Shown: positions 13,036 to 26,987 of the stretch, piece after piece
How the letters are laid out: every line of letters starts with the position of its first letter
How positions within the stretch are numbered: position 1 is the first letter of the stretch
Assembly (NCBI RefSeq): GCF_963921235.1
Contig: NC_086097.1
Span: forward strand, 78,990,001-79,054,000
DNA from: Mobula hypostoma
Taxonomy: Eukaryota
Direction of reading: 5' to 3'
Length of the DNA: 64,000 nt
Notes under the pieces: generated by a model
Database searches by the model: none
What the model was told of the DNA's origin: nothing
The model's input: the letters and a program-made list of their open reading frames with translations, nothing else
Made by a program: the position numbers and the translations under genes

Positions 13036-13789
13036 ATATTCCTGCTTGAAACTTCAGGTGAAAGAATAATCAAAGAAATAAGTTGCTATTAGCTGCTTGA
13101 TCTCAATATATTAATATATGAGTCATTCAAAGAACTACCTTAAAAGATGTTGTGCAAATTTCCATCAATGTCAGAAGCACTAGGCCCTAAATTAAAAGTT
13201 ATTATATTTCACAGTCCCTCAGTCAATCAGGGCCAGCCACTATTATTTTTAGAGCATTGTTCAGCTGATTTTGCTAAATTGTTATTTAATCTGTCTCAGT
13301 GGAAAAGGCTTTTGAAACAGGATCATTCTATAAACAAATATATAATCTAGAAGCAAAACCTGTGGGCTGCAGAAGGAAATACGATTCAAATAATTAGACT
13401 GTACAATTTCTTTTCCCTTTTGGATGCCCTTGGGCACTCATAACATTATTCTGGTATATTTATATTCCACTCTGTTATTTTATAAATTTAGACACTGGGT
13501 TTTGGACACAGGTTGCCCAGGTCATATTTTTGTTTTAAGAAAAGGATGAACTAAGTTTAGAATAACACAAAACCTCAAGCACGATGGTGTCATTGTACAA
13601 AGACAGAAAACTACGACAAAGCTTTGACCACAACTCCCAGTAATAATGTTTGGGCAAACAAGTGCTGAGATTTGTTGGTTTCCCATCACGAGAACAAAAT
13701 GAATGATTCACAATTCCAGCCAGATGAAAATGTTTGGAGACAGCATCATGCTGAAAAGGTTTGGAGACACAGCACGATGCTGTCTCCAA

Positions 13790-16112
13790 ACAAGAAAGAG
13801 CCCGTCCCAACGCATTTCAAATTATAGTCGGAGACTTCAACCAGGCCTGTTTGAAGAAAACATTGCCCAATTATCACCAGGACATAACCTGAAGCACCAT
13901 AGGTCCCAACATACTAGGCCATTGCCATACTAAGAAAAAGGAATTCCTACTGTTCCTTACTGAGACTGCTTTTTGTTAAATCAGATCACTTGGCTGTCCT
14001 CCTCTTACCTGCATACAGGCAGAGCTTAAAAAGCAAGGGTCCAGAGATTAGGACAACGAAGAGATGATCGCACGAGGCAGAGGAGCAATAACGGATTGCT
14101 TTGAGTCGTTGGACTAGGCCATGCTCAAGCACTCATCTAGAGATCTGAATGAATACACCACGGTTGTAATGGACTTCAGTAAAACAGCCGTTGAAGAGTA
14201 TGTCCCATGAATTCTTTCAGAGTCTTCCCCAATCTGAAGCCCCCGATAAACCACGAGATCCAAAACCTGCTGAGAGCCAGATCAAGTCTGGAAACCAAGA
14301 AAGCTGCAGGAGGTACAGGAATGATCTCCGGAAAGTCATCGCAAGTGGAAATTCTGGACCAAGCCTGAATCAATGAGGGATGCTTGACAGGAATGGCAGG
14401 TCTTCAATGCTACCACATCCCACAAAGTTAAACAAAGCCACATAGGATACCGCAGTGTTTCACCTTCAAATGAGCTCAATGCCTTCTATGTTCACTTTGA
14501 CCATCAAAACATGCAGAAACAATCACAAACCCACACATCCCTTGACGATCCTCTGATCTCGGTCTCCGAAGCTGATGTGCAGGCTGCCTTCAGGAGGGTG
14601 AATCCAGACGGGGTACATGCCCATGTACTTAAATCCTGTGCTGACCAACTGGCTGGTGTGTTCACTGAGATCTTTAACCTTTTGCTTCAGCAGTGAGTGG
14701 TACCCAACTGCTTCAAGCAGGCTTCAATTATACTGGTGTCCAAGAAGAGTGAGGTGAGCTGCCTCAATGACTATTGCCCAGATGCACTGACATCCACAGT
14801 GATGAAGTGTTTTGAGAAGTTGGTGATGAAACACATCAGCTCCTGCCTGAGAGGCGACTTGGATCCACTCCAATTTGCCTACCGGAGTAACAGGTCCACA
14901 GCAGGTGCCATCCCTTTGGCTCTTTACTCAATCCTGGAGCATCTGGCCTCCAAAGATACATATACATCAGGATGTTCTTCATCACTCAGCATTCAATACC
15001 ATCATCTCCTCAAAACTAATCAATAAGCTCCAAACCATCCTTGTACAATTGGATTCTGGTTTTCCTTTCTTGTAGACCCCAGTCAGTTTGGATTGGCAAC
15101 AAAATCTCCCCCACGATTTCTATCAGCACAGGTGCACTATAGGGCTGTGTGCTTAGCCCCTGCTCTACTCGCTTTACACTTATGACTGTTTGGCTAAGCA
15201 TAGCTCCAATGCCACATTCAAGTTTGCTGATGACATCACTGTAGGGGGACAAATAAAAGGTGGTGATGAATCAGCATACAGAAGGGGGATCGAAAATCTG
15301 TCTGAGTGGTTTCGTAACAGCAGTCTCCTACTTAATGTCAGCAAGACCAAGAAACTGATTATAGATTTCCGGAGAAGGAAACCAGAGGCCCATGAGCCAG
15401 TCCTCACTGGAGGCTCAGAGGTGGCGAGGGTTGGCAACTTTAAATTCCTGGGTGTTACTGTTTTTAGAGAACTATCCTGAACCCAGCAAGCAAGTGCAAT
15501 TGTGAAGAAAGCATGGCAGCACCTCTACTTCCTTAGGAGACTGCAGGGATTTGGCATGACATCAAAAACCTTGACAAGCTTCTATAAATGTGCAGTGAGA
15601 GTATACTGACTGGCTGCATGGGCTGATATGGAAACACCTTGCCTTTAAACAGAAAGTCCCACAAAAGGTGGTGGATTGGGCCACCATCACAGGTAAGGCC
15701 CTCCTAGCCATTGAGCACATCTACATGAAACACTATCATAGAAAAGCAGTATCTATCATCAGAGATCCTCACCACCTAGGTCATGCTCTCTTTTCACCGT
15801 TGCCATCAGGTAGAAGGTACAGGAGCCTCAGGACTCAGACCACCAGATTCAAGAACAGTTACTACCGCGGAACCTTCAGACTCTTGAATAAAAGGGGATT
15901 ACTACACCCAACTTCACTTGCTCCTTCATTGAAATGTTCCCACAACCAATGAAGCTTTAGAGTCTCATTATTTCATGTTCATTCTGATCTTTAATTCATC
16001 CCGTTATAGTTACTATTCTATAAACTTGTTGAGTATGCCAAAAGAAACTGAATCTCTAGGCTGTAGATGGTGACATATATGTACTTTGATAATAAAATAT
16101 ACTCTGAACTTC
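13790..16112 (+). mobile_element. REX1/Babar-clade LINE, decayed, 5'-truncated
   Basis: LKSCADQLAGVFTEIFN, LDPLQFAYRSNRST, KFADD, FKFLGVT, LPSGRRYRSLRTQTTRFKNSYY; AATAAA near 16090. Confidence 0.88.
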
Positions 16113-16417
16113 GTCAAATCAAATGTTAGAGCTCAGGTTCCAACAGCATGGGCCCGCAAGCCTATTAGATAAAAAAACGCTTACAATTTAAATTATAGAT
16201 GGTTAACATATTTATTAATTTCCTGGGATATGACAGCAATTCCTTCTATGGAAGAGCAAAATTCTTTTGTTTCCCAAGTTTATTACTGCAAAGCTACTGG
16301 AAACCAACACAATCCATAGCAAAAAAAAAATGAAATTCTACTTTGACATTTTCTGGTCCTTTCCAAGTCAAGTAAAAGGACTGAAAAATATGGCAAACTT
16401 TATGTATGTTTCCTTAC

Positions 16418-16581
16418 CATGGTAAACCTTTCTTTACAACAGACTAAGCAATACATTGCCTTGCTGTCAGGTACCCAGTCTTCTTTAGCAGGTAGGCTAT
16501 CCGGAGGAACAAATTCACAAATTGATTTAGACCTTTGGATAGTTTCCTGAGGGGTTGATGGTGCATTAAGATGGGGATTAA
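16418..16581 (-). CDS. ZFYVE26: ZFYVE26 exon (164 nt), N-terminal part of FYVE domain: ...EFVPPDSLPAKEDWVPDSKAMYCLVCCKERFTM
   Basis: Acceptor atgttgcag|, donor ATG|gtaagg; WxxD motif and first CxxC. Confidence 0.95.
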
Positions 16582-17418
16582 CTGCAACATGAAATACAAC
16601 AGAGAACATAGATAATTAATATCCTGTGAATAGTATAAGCTTGAGAATAAAATCTTTGTTAAACTGTTATCTAACAGTACAAATTCTTGGTTCTAATCTA
16701 TTTATTGATTCTGTTTCTGCATTTAAAATAAAACAAAGAAACTGTGAGAATGCAGAAAATTAGATCACTTTTATTTCACCCATGGGAAACTCCTTTGTGT
16801 TCTCTATCTCAGATGCTATGGAGTTCTGGATTGCCATGAATACTAAGCATTCTATAACCTAGCTATATGTCAGCTCAAACACAATGACTCACACAAGGTA
16901 AGCCATCATGATTTTACTGTGATGTTTGCCTTTATTGTCATGGCTCAGAAACATGACCAATTTTGAACCAGAACAGAAATAAGTACTTAATATTAAATTG
17001 TAGTTCTTTCAAAGTTATTACAATTTACATACATAGTGCTAATAGTCAGCAATCATACCCGAATTTCATTACAGCCTTACAGAGGGTGTCTTTTTTAGGT
17101 TGTTGGGGAAGTTGTTATTTTTGAGTTGCAAAGTCTTCAAAAATAACTGTAAGAAAATGAAACACTGCGACCGTATACATAGCAATATTTCACATATCTT
17201 TTGACACTCAAACTTCCAAAATCATTCAGGACCTGTTAAATTTTAAAATACTTAAAAGACTAAAACATAAGCAAGCACACAGAAATACAACAATTTTAAA
17301 AACTTTTAAATTTTTTGAAGTTTTTTTTAAATAAGCGAATGCAGAAGTTTGGAGATCGTTTGGGTGTTTCAGTTCTCTGCAGTCTCCGAACAGGCAGCAT
17401 GCTCGAACCTCATGGCAG

Positions 17419-17945
17419 CCACTCTGCGGGAAGAGGCGCGAGACATTTGACTTCATTTCACCAATTAAAGCGACGAGGGAGATTGAAGCAAAGTAACTGT
17501 GGAGGGTGAGCGCTGGCTGCCTGCCTGCCTTTTGATTGCTGAGGATCGCTCTGCTACACTACTGGAGAGGGGAGAGCATCTCACTGTGCCCAGAGAATGT
17601 TTCCCAGGTTTTCTGCGTTTTGGATGTGGACTTGGACTATAGACTTCTTTCAGTCTTTGTGTTTTTCACTTGATCCTTATAGTTTTTTTGTACCGGGGGT
17701 GGGGGGGGGGGTGGAGGAAGAGATATGGGGGTCAATGTGCCTGTTCCATTTTGTTCGTTTTTTTTGTGCAGGAGGAGGAATTTGGGGTTGATGTGTCCTT
17801 TTTAGTGTTTCGTTTTTTGGGCAGAGAGGAGGGATTTTGGGGTTGATAATCATGCTAGCTTTCTTTTCTTTTCTTCCTTGGTTTCATAGCTACCTGAAGA
17901 ATTTCAGAGTTGTATACTTTAATAATAAATTAACCTTTGAACTTC
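17419..17945 (+). mobile_element. Non-coding retroelement with REX1-like 3' tail (related family)
   Basis: Ends gaagaatttcagagttgtatactttaataataaattaacctttgaac, similar to the tails at 2220-2281, 56540-56607 and 16045-16112. Confidence 0.55.
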
Positions 17946-18207
17946 ATCTAACTGAAGTAATTCTGATAAAATACTTCACTGACCTTTTGGCTAGCGGGCA
18001 ACTCTGGGGCCAGAAACAGTTAATATTTCAAATCGATGAACTTTCAATCTGAAACAATTAACTCTGTTTCTCTCTCCTCAGATCTGAGGATGAAGGAGTG
18101 AATTCTGAATTGCTTTAAACAAGCACTGCTACAGATACCTTCATTGACCAAGTAACAAAACAAGGACCAGTACAGCAAAATCTACAATTTTATGACATTG
18201 CCCTCAC

Positions 18208-18306
18208 CAGAAGGCAAACTTGCTGTTTGCTCAATACTTGGCAATATGGCGACGCTCTCTGGCCCTGCGCTCTGAGTGAGCAAATCTTGCAGATTAATTA
18301 CAGAAT
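18208..18306 (-). CDS. ZFYVE26: ZFYVE26 exon (99 nt): DSVINLQDLLTQSAGPESVAILPSIEQTASLPS
   Basis: Acceptor tcttcttcctag|, donor CTG|gtgagg; phase 1-1. Confidence 0.92.
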
Positions 18307-19383
18307 CTAGGAAGAAGAAATAAAACATCATAATGGCTAAAGCCATGTGTTAAATACAATATTCAAGAGGTCAACATTTCATAAGTTATAAACAAAACAA
18401 AGCAATTTCACTTCAGCTTTCATGGGGTTATTAAACACAAAAGTACATCATAAGTCCAAGAATACTGATTAATTCTTAAACATGACTATTAGGTAGGCTT
18501 TACTAATAGCAAGATAATAACAGGTCAAATCACTTTTCACCTGATGCCAGATAATTCGTAGAAAAGACAAAGAACTGAATAAAGCCCCCCATAAACTTTC
18601 CAATAAGTCAAACTCACTTGCATGAAATCAAACATTAGCTTTCAGGACATCCTGCGAAATTAAAACTACCCTGTCACTGTTTCTCCAAATTTCCGTCAAA
18701 ACTAACATACCTGAACATAACTAATAGTTACATCAGTTGTACCTTTAAGTTACGGAGTTAACCACAGGAATACTACAGCATGAAGCCATAAATTGTCATG
18801 CTCTGCAATATAAATACTGAGAACATATATACAGTATAGTTGAAAGTGTTGTGACACCTTCATTAATTCCACCAGTGATCTTATTTGATTTAACTATATC
18901 TGTAGAAGAAATAATACCAATTCAAAAGATTAACTTGTAAAGTAAAAAGAAAACTGGGAAATTATAGGAAAATCTTTGAAGATAAATTAAAAAAACACTG
19001 ATCAAAACAAAAATAGCTTGCCAGTGTCCCATGAATGAAACAAGACAGGAAAAGTCAGAGAAGAAAATGTAATAATGCACACTGCTGCTTTTTTGTTTTC
19101 AACATGGCTGGAAAACAGGAGTGATGATTAGCAAGTGGAAGTTTACAACCCCAAAATTGAATACAGTATGAAAATAAAATGAGACAATCGCTCTTGCAGC
19201 ATAGCAAGAGATTTTGACAATCTTTGTAATCGAGCTATATCATAATAAGATGTTGTAACTATCATCTTTCAGTGTATAATTTGTTGTGATCAGCCAAACT
19301 CAAGAGTGGCACCGCAGCTTTCCAAGCACAACCTCTTAAATAAATCCTGCTTTACAAAAAAATAACAGCAGAATTTTTGTTAC

Positions 19384-19633
19384 CTGATCGTGTTCTCTCT
19401 CGCACTGCGTATGGAACTTCAAGAGCCTTGGCTGCATATTTGGAAAGAAGGCAATCGATGTCTTCAATGGCAAAACCCGCTTCTTGCCCCATGAGTAGCT
19501 GATGAAGGGTCTGGACAGCTACTGAAGCCCAATCCACTTTCATATTCATCAGCAGTTGCTCCAGCATTAATAATGGACTTGAGGACAAATGTGAATAGGC
19601 ATCATGTGCGGACTCCGGTAACGTTAACAAAAG
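19384..19633 (-). CDS. ZFYVE26: ZFYVE26 exon (250 nt): LLLTLPESAHDAYSHLSSSPLLMLEQLLMNMKVDWA...RERTRS
   Basis: Acceptor ccattttgtag|, donor CAG|gtaaca; ORF 19352..19630. Confidence 0.95.
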
Positions 19634-20023
19634 CTACAAAATGGAAAATGTACAAGTCGAACACAAATATCAATAGCTCATTGGGCAGGAAAACTGATGA
19701 GCACGCCAATGAAATTAATTCCACAACTTATGAATTATTAACTCAAAGCAAAGACTGGTAGGTTACAGTGTCAAAACATCCAGATACAAGTCAAACTTTG
19801 GAATGTAGAATAACGTCAGGCGGACAAAATGTCATGTTCTGAACTTGAAAAGTTAACACACTTGTGCCATTAATGATGCGCATAGACTGTGCATATTTTA
19901 AAAAAATCAGGTTCCTCAAATATTTCAACAGTTCTATACAAATACTCAATTTAAACTGAGTTTTAAATACTATTTACATACTTTACAGATCCTCAACCAA
20001 ATTAGATGGATCGTTCCATTTTT

Positions 20024-20348
20024 TTTGGCGTGTGCCTGCACGCGTGCGAGTCTGTACGTGTGCGTCTACGTGTGCATGCGTATCTGTGCGTCCGTGATGA
20101 TGGATTTTTCATGGCTTTTTCCAAGACGCAGAGCGAGAGAGAGAGAGAGAGACTGTGTGGCGCGCCACTCCCCACGCAGACATTTTCGCGGCATTTTCCC
20201 TTTGTTTTTTACGAGGTCGAGTTGCGGTCTCAACACCCAACCTGACACGGATGAAAAGCATGCTTGGGGGCGGACCCGACTAGTTTTGAACCCGGGAACC
20301 TCCGCTCCCAGGTCCGGCGCCGATGTTGTTGTGCCACCAGCCAGCTCA
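20024..20348 (-). mobile_element. tRNA-derived SINE with poly(A) tail and 16-bp TSD
   Basis: Minus-strand head gagctggctggtggcac...cccgggttcaaaactag (A/B-box-like); TSD GGATCGTTCCATTTTT at 20008-20023 and 20349-20364. Confidence 0.88.
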
Positions 20349-20384
20349 GGATCGTTCCATTTTTATTACACTGATGCAGAATCA

Positions 20385-20597
20385 TTGCCACGGGCAGCTG
20401 TGGAGACCAATCTTTATGTATACTTAAGGCAGAGAATGATAGATTCTTGATTGGTCGGAGCATGAAGGGATACGGGGAGAAAGTAGGAGATTGGAGCTGA
20501 GAGGAGAATTGGATCAGCCATGATGAAATGGCAGAGCAGACTCGATGGGCCAAATGGCCTAATTTGGCTCCTATATCTTATAGGTCTTACAGTCTTA
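20385..20597 (+). mobile_element. CR1 extreme 3' fragment
   Basis: ggcagagcagactcgatgggccaaatggcctaatttggctcctatatcttataggtctta matches the CR1 tail at 30043-30120. Confidence 0.8.
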
Positions 20598-20755
20598 ATA
20601 CTACTTAGGCTTCCTCCTGAAAGTCTGAAGGATCCATTTATAAAGAACTGGAAATTCCAAGTGAGTAAGGACATTGTAAGACACTTTATGAAGTAAAATA
20701 TATGCCATTCTCTTTTGCACTTGAGAAGCAGTGAGCAAGAGATACTAATTCTTAC

Positions 20756-20932
20756 CTTTGATCCAATGCGAATGGCTTGAATTTCATGACGTCGTGCAGC
20801 AGAAAGACTCTTATGAAAGTGGGTAGTAAGATAATTGGAAAGAAAGTGGCAAGCGGCTAATCCTGGGTGCTGATCCAAAGCTTGTTCACATATAACTTGG
20901 CATACGTCAGGATCACAGATCCCCTGCAGAAG
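20756..20932 (-). CDS. ZFYVE26: ZFYVE26 exon (177 nt): LLQGICDPDVCQVICEQALDQHPGLAACHFLSNYLTTHF...IRIGSK
   Basis: Acceptor ctgttccactag|, donor AAG|gtaaga. Confidence 0.94.
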
Positions 20933-22374
20933 CTAGTGGAACAGAAAGAACTGAGCTGACACTCAATACATTTTAACAATACTGAGAGAATGCGTAATAC
21001 AAGATCTTGGAAATAAAACTCATCCATTTGTTATTTCAATAGCTTCTACCTTCTAACATTCATTTTCTTTTAAATGCAGTAATACAGCTATGATGCTTCC
21101 AAACATCCATATCAGTAATAATACATCCACATGAACTCTGTAAAAACTAATTTTAATTAATACTTGGCTCTCAAAAGATTGCATATTTTCATAACACAGA
21201 GCAGAGCATTTTCCAGTAAGTACATTTCTCAACATTTTTATCCCCTATCCTCATGAGAGCCGAATTGATTTGGAAAAATTCCAGAAGTAGAAGTCATTTC
21301 CCAAGTGACGACGATTTAACAGAGGCCTGAGATGAAGCGGAGTCAGGCTATTCATCTATGAAGAATAATTCCAAATGATCTCAATAATGTAGAAGACAGA
21401 AACTTGAGTTAACACAGAAAATGCTGGAATGCTTAGCAGGTGAGGCTCCATCTGATGAGGGAACTGACAACGTTTCTGCTCAACAACAGAACTTGATCCT
21501 GCCTTCCCCAATACAACCACACCAGATCAATCTTCGTATTTGTTTCAGCACTTCCTTTGACTTTACACTATTAGTTTTGTCATCGTGTCTGCTGCCTCCC
21601 ACCCTATCACAATCATTCTCAACTGCTCCCTCCTTTCAACACCCCTCAACACCTCCCCGGCATCTTAAAACCAGTTTACTTCCAATCCTTCCAATTCAAA
21701 GTATGGAAAATGGCCATTTGGCCCACCATATTAATGCTCACCGTCAAGTATCCATTTGCACTAATCCAACAATCCATTCTTCCCACAAGCTCAACAACTT
21801 CATCCCACTCCCACCCTCACAATGATCCTTCCATTCACCTATGTATGAAGGGCAAAGTACTGAGGGCATTAACCGATCAAAATGCACATACTTGGTATGT
21901 GGGAGGAAACATCTGTAGGTCACAGGGACAACTTGCATAATGCACAGAGATGAATCCATGTGACTGGTGCTGAGATACAACAGCTCTACTGGCTGTGTTA
22001 CCGTGCCCTCTATTAGTTTGAAACTTGCTTTCTCTTGCCATAGATGTCACCTGACCAGTTGACTATTTCCAACATTTTTTTTCTTTTTATTACTGGCACT
22101 CGCAATCTTGTCCTTACATAAAACATATAAATACATTTTAACCTGGATTTGTGGAAAAAAATTTTGTTTTCAGGATTTCCAACAAATCGCCTCATTCTTG
22201 CATTGAAATGTTTAAGCTAAATAAAGCATGTACATCTGAGTTAACACAATTAAACTGGATGCCTCAACTCAGAAACAAAACGTAAAACCCGTTAAGATAA
22301 CAAGAAGCTGCAGATGCTGGAATTAAGAGCAATGCACAAAGCTCCGGAATAACCCTGTTGGACAAGGAAGAAAT

Positions 22375-22800
22375 GGGGAGTCAAAAGGGCAGCCTACAAC
22401 CTGATGGCATGAACATAATATTCTCAACTTCCAATAACTGCCCCTTTCTTTCCCTTTCCCCTTTTCTTTCTCTTCCTGATTCAACTAGCCTATCCATTAT
22501 CCTGCCCCTATCCCCTGCTTCATTCTCTCCAGCTGTCCATCACCCACCTACTCCTCCCACCAGTTCCCCTCACTCACTTTATTCCATGCTTCAACCTTCC
22601 TCTTCTGAGAAATTCCATCAACTTTAACCCTTTATCAGTCCCACCTATCACCTCCATTTCCGACATCACTCCCACTCTTCCCCTCCCTCATCTGCCTATC
22701 ACCTGCCAGCTTTTACTCCATCACATCTCTCCCTTTCCCTCTCTCTCCTCAAAAGGGCCCTCAACCCAGAAATCCAACTGGTCATTTCTCTCCAAAGTGT
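22375..22800 (+). mobile_element. Penelope-like element 3' end (ORF end GSLQPDGMNI, pyrimidine-rich UTR, decayed hammerhead)
   Basis: ggcagcctacaacctgatggcatgaacat; same architecture as 37040-37605. Confidence 0.7.
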
Positions 22801-22944
22801 TGCATATTAAACCTGTCAATGCTTTTGGGCAAGCATGAATTGGAACTAATCCACTGAAACATAAAATGCAATATATACCTGTATATTCTTTTAAATAATA
22901 CATTTTATTTTCATGTGCAAATGTATAGGTTAGCTAGAAAAACA

Positions 22945-23157
22945 ATTTATTTATGTATTTGAGATGCAGCACAGAATAGGCCCTTCTAGCCCTCCAATCC
23001 ACATCATGCAGCAACCCCCCATTTCAACCCAAGACTAATCACATGACAATTTTACAATGGCCAATTAACCTACCAAGAGGTACGTCTTTGGACTATGGAA
23101 AAAAACCAGAGTACCCGGAAGAAACTCATGCGGTCACGGGGAGAAAGTACAAACTCC
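22945..23157 (-). mobile_element. V-SINE/HE1-like SINE fragment
   Basis: Reverse of V-domain-like core tctccccgtgaccgcatgagtttcttccgggtactctggttt...gtccaaagacgtac. Confidence 0.65.
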
Positions 23158-23739
23158 ATTTGAAAAATCAAAACCACTACTTAAATGTATTTTAATGAAA
23201 GATTTCATTTAAAAGCAAACCATGTTTAATGTGCCTCGAACAAATCAATGAACGTATAATGTCATGCACGCAACGACAATTCCATTACAGTTAAAATCTG
23301 AAGGAAATATTCTCGATGAAAATCGATCAGATCTGGAAAGAGACTAAATAATACCCAAATTACTTCAACTCCACACATTGGTACATTGGTAGTCCCATGC
23401 CAGATTCAGTGCAACCTTCCACTTGACCAATTTTGGAAAGAACATGAACTGCCTTTCAAACTATTTTATTATATTGCACTGATTTTTTTATCTTCAGTCT
23501 TTAAGGAGCCAATAATAAAGATAAACATTGTTACAATCCAAGTTTTGAATACATGATTAAGTATATCTAAGGCTCAAGTGATGACAGGGACAGAATACAT
23601 CCTAGTTTCTTTCTGCTTAATCATGACGAGGGGCACACACTAAAAAATAGTAGAAGCAAGATGATGAAAGTGATCCAAGTAACATAGGAAGATGTATATT
23701 GAACATTTTCGTCTATTGATTAAATGGGAAATGTTAATA

Positions 23740-24463
23740 GAGTGGATTACGATTAATTGGGTCCGTTAGTCAGGGCAGCCGCTTACTTAGGATAACTCTT
23801 AAAGAGCAAAAACAAATCGAAAAAATAGCTGGGATTCCACCTTGTTTATTTGGTACACTATGCCACTTAAGAGGGATGAGACTGTTGCCGAACAGTTTCC
23901 AACTAGCATCAATTGTATATGCTTGTGTGGCCATTTGACACTACACTGTGATTAGTGATGTTTTGCTCATTGCAGTTTCAAGCATCGAGGCTTAGAGATG
24001 CCACAATGTCTGAAAGTGAAAATAAAATAATTTCTCCACTTCAACAAGTTAGGAACTCAAAGAATTTGAAGGTACTGACAATCATCTTGAATGTTACAAT
24101 GAAAATGAAGACTTGGAGGATGCAATCATCAAAAGCATTGCATGAAGGCAGTCCATTATCTAAGTGTCTGCACTAATTTTGTTTATTTACATTCAATCAA
24201 AAGAACATGGCAACATACACTGGATGAATTCCTCCACTGATAACTATTAGGGATTAATACAGTTTTATAGTATTGTAGTAGTATTGGTGGTTTTCTAATT
24301 AGTTCTGTATTTCACTTAAACACATAATTTGTTACTCCATTAAACATTTGTCGCTTTTATACCTTTTTAACTATTTCCATGAAACTTCAGCTAATTGGGA
24401 CAGTCGCTTAATTGGGCCAAAAGGTACTGCTGCCAATGAGTCCCAATTAATTGGAATCCACTA
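23740..24463. mobile_element. Tigger/pogo-like non-autonomous DNA transposon
   Basis: TIRs agtggattacgattaattggg / cccaattaattggaatccact, flanked by TA on both sides. Confidence 0.75.
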
Positions 24464-24551
24464 TATTTAATAATGTTCTTTAAACTCACGCCAAAATTCG
24501 CGATTAGCACTCATGTAACACAGAATACATTTTTTTCATGGGAGCACTTGC

Positions 24552-24674
24552 CTGGAATGCTCTCTCTCCATCTCCGAGCTCGAGAAGGTGAAGGAGATAT
24601 TCATACCAGAGCTTTACTGTGAAGTGCATTGGAACAGGGTGTAGCTGAACCCAAGATTCACAAAGCTCAAACTC
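24552..24674 (-). CDS. ZFYVE26: ZFYVE26 exon (123 nt) with GC donor: EFELCESWVQLHPVPMHFTVKLWYEYLLHLLELGDGERAFQ
   Basis: Acceptor ttgtttttgcag|; donor CAG|gcaagt; phase 0-0 fits both neighbours. Confidence 0.88.
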
Positions 24675-26133
24675 CTGCAAAAACAATTTATCAATCCCCT
24701 TAGAGAATAGCATTCAATTAAAGCAACAACATTTATTTATAAAATGATTTTGAAGTAGTAAACCATCACAAAGCAGTGCACAGGAGCACAATTGAACATA
24801 ATTTGACAAAGTTAGGTTTTAAGAAACAACATAAAATAAGTTAAGAAGGTAAAGACATGGAGGGTGAACCATAATTTAGTTGATTTAGTTTAGGGGATGA
24901 TCAAAACGCCAGATACACAGGGGCACTCATATGCTGAAAGATTACAGAGATAAAACATGATAAAAATAGGGACAGGCAGGGTCAGGGAGGTACTTGAAAG
25001 CAAGGATGAGAATTTTAAGACTGAGGACGGGCCAAAAAAAAAGGAGCCAATGCAGACCAGTAGGTTAAGGGGTGATGGGTGGATAACATCTGGAATTTAT
25101 TGTAAAAAGCATTTCTGATGGTAGCAAGGGTGACAGCTTCAGCATCAGGTGAGTAACAGCCAGAAGCAGAGTCTGAAGATGTGACAAAGGAAAGAGGTGG
25201 GCATTATGATGACACTAATAAACAGTCTGAAGCCTAGAATTAAAAAAGTAGTGCTATTTCAGATATCTACTTTTGTTTCAAATAGCAGCTAAACACTGTT
25301 AAGGGAAGTATTCAATGCCAGGCAATAGAGTTTGTGTCAGCATTATAGAAAAGGGCATTTGTCTTCTAATATTTAGCTAGGGAGGAATCTTTTCCTGATC
25401 CAGCATGAGCTGTCTTTCAAGTAATGTTACAATTCAGAGACACTGGAGAGGTCAACAGGTATATGAAAGCCAGCAGTGACTTTCCAGATTTGCCTTGAGG
25501 CAGAAGGACATAGAATAGAACTAAGTGGATATGTCCCTGGAACCTGAAGGCACACACTGTGGGAGCAGGAAGAGAAGCCACTGGCTACATTGGCTACAAT
25601 TGCACAAGGATGGACCAAGCCAAATACAGTTCCAATGTAGCTCAATAATGCACCTGCAAAATGAATAAAATATCACTGAACAAAACGATTTGCTCCAGAT
25701 ACTGGTCAGTCAAAAAATTTGTTTTATTTTTATAACCAGACTATAAAATGGGATCATAACATTTGCAATAACGTATTACTCTATAGTTAGAGATGGAGAA
25801 CCAATAAATAGCTAAAATTATTGGTTCACATTTAAATTGTTTTAGTTAATCCTGTGAGAAAAATTTTATTTTTTTCAAAAATTCAATACATTTTCTCTAG
25901 CAAATGTCAACTTAAGGGAACTGGTATACAACTCTCCTCTTTACAAAATAGCTCATGCCAATTAACAATAATCTTCAAAACTAAGGAATTAAATAAATAA
26001 ATGCAATGTGGCTTACAATTTTGTAACATGAACTTTTTCGCTCAACTTTTAAAATACATACAAAACTATTTAATTGTTTAACAACAGATATTCAAAAATA
26101 AATCTTTAGAATCAAGAATGAATGTTTTTTTAC

Positions 26134-26238
26134 CCTGGCCTTCAGAATGATATCCATCACAGTCTGTGGGTTCTCATTGGATTCAGTCCGAAGTTCTTGC
26201 CAACCATGCCAAAGAATAGGAGGCCCAAGATTAAGGAT
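26134..26238 (-). CDS. ZFYVE26: ZFYVE26 exon (105 nt): ILNLGPPILWHGWQELRTESNENPQTVMDIILKAR
   Basis: Acceptor tctgttgttag|, donor AGG|gtaaaa; 35 codons, phase 0-0. Confidence 0.9.
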
Positions 26239-26987
26239 CTAACAACAGAAACCTTTATTTTAAGATTAAAGCACTATTTGCCTAATATTGTCAAAATGTT
26301 TTGCGGCAAGAAAAATGTACACAAAATTTTGCACCTCACCCTATGAGAAATATTTCCTTTCTCCTAAACATCCTTCCATTCTCTTCTCTGCTGCTTAAAA
26401 ATAACTTGCATTCTCATTTTTCCAGTTCTGATGAAAGGTTTTCAACCTATAACTATAAACGTTCTCCCTTTTCCACAGATGCAGCCTGACCTGCTGTGTG
26501 TTTTCATCATTTTCTGTTTTATTCTATTTCACAGGTATAGCAAAGAGAATATACACAGATATTTCACACCTTGGTCATTTAAATCCCCAAGACATGCAGG
26601 CCAGAGGTTAATTAGTCACTGTGAATTCTCTCTGGCATGTAGTAGCTGAATGGAAGAATCTATGGAGTTGATCTGAACGCAGCGGTAATAAAAAGGGATT
26701 AGAGTAAATATGTGTTTGATGGTTAGTATGGCCTTGTTGTGCTGAATAGGCTGCTTTCACGCTGTACCAGTCTTTGACCAAATCAAAAAAAAAAGACATG
26801 TTAGAGGTCAAAGCCACAGGAGCTGTTCAGCGTGACGGAACAGAATTGGCCAGATTCAGAACAAACAAGTTACCTAAAATTGGTATGGAAGGCAGAAACC
26901 TGCCTACGGACAAGATGAAGTGCTGTTCTAATGTTCACGCTACATCTTATGAGAACAGTTCAGGGGCCCACAGTGAGAGGGTTATAT

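Noticed and set aside
21452..21458. CTGATGA on plus strand
   Set aside because: Lies in a minus-strand PLE tail with no stem II or GAAA after it; chance match.
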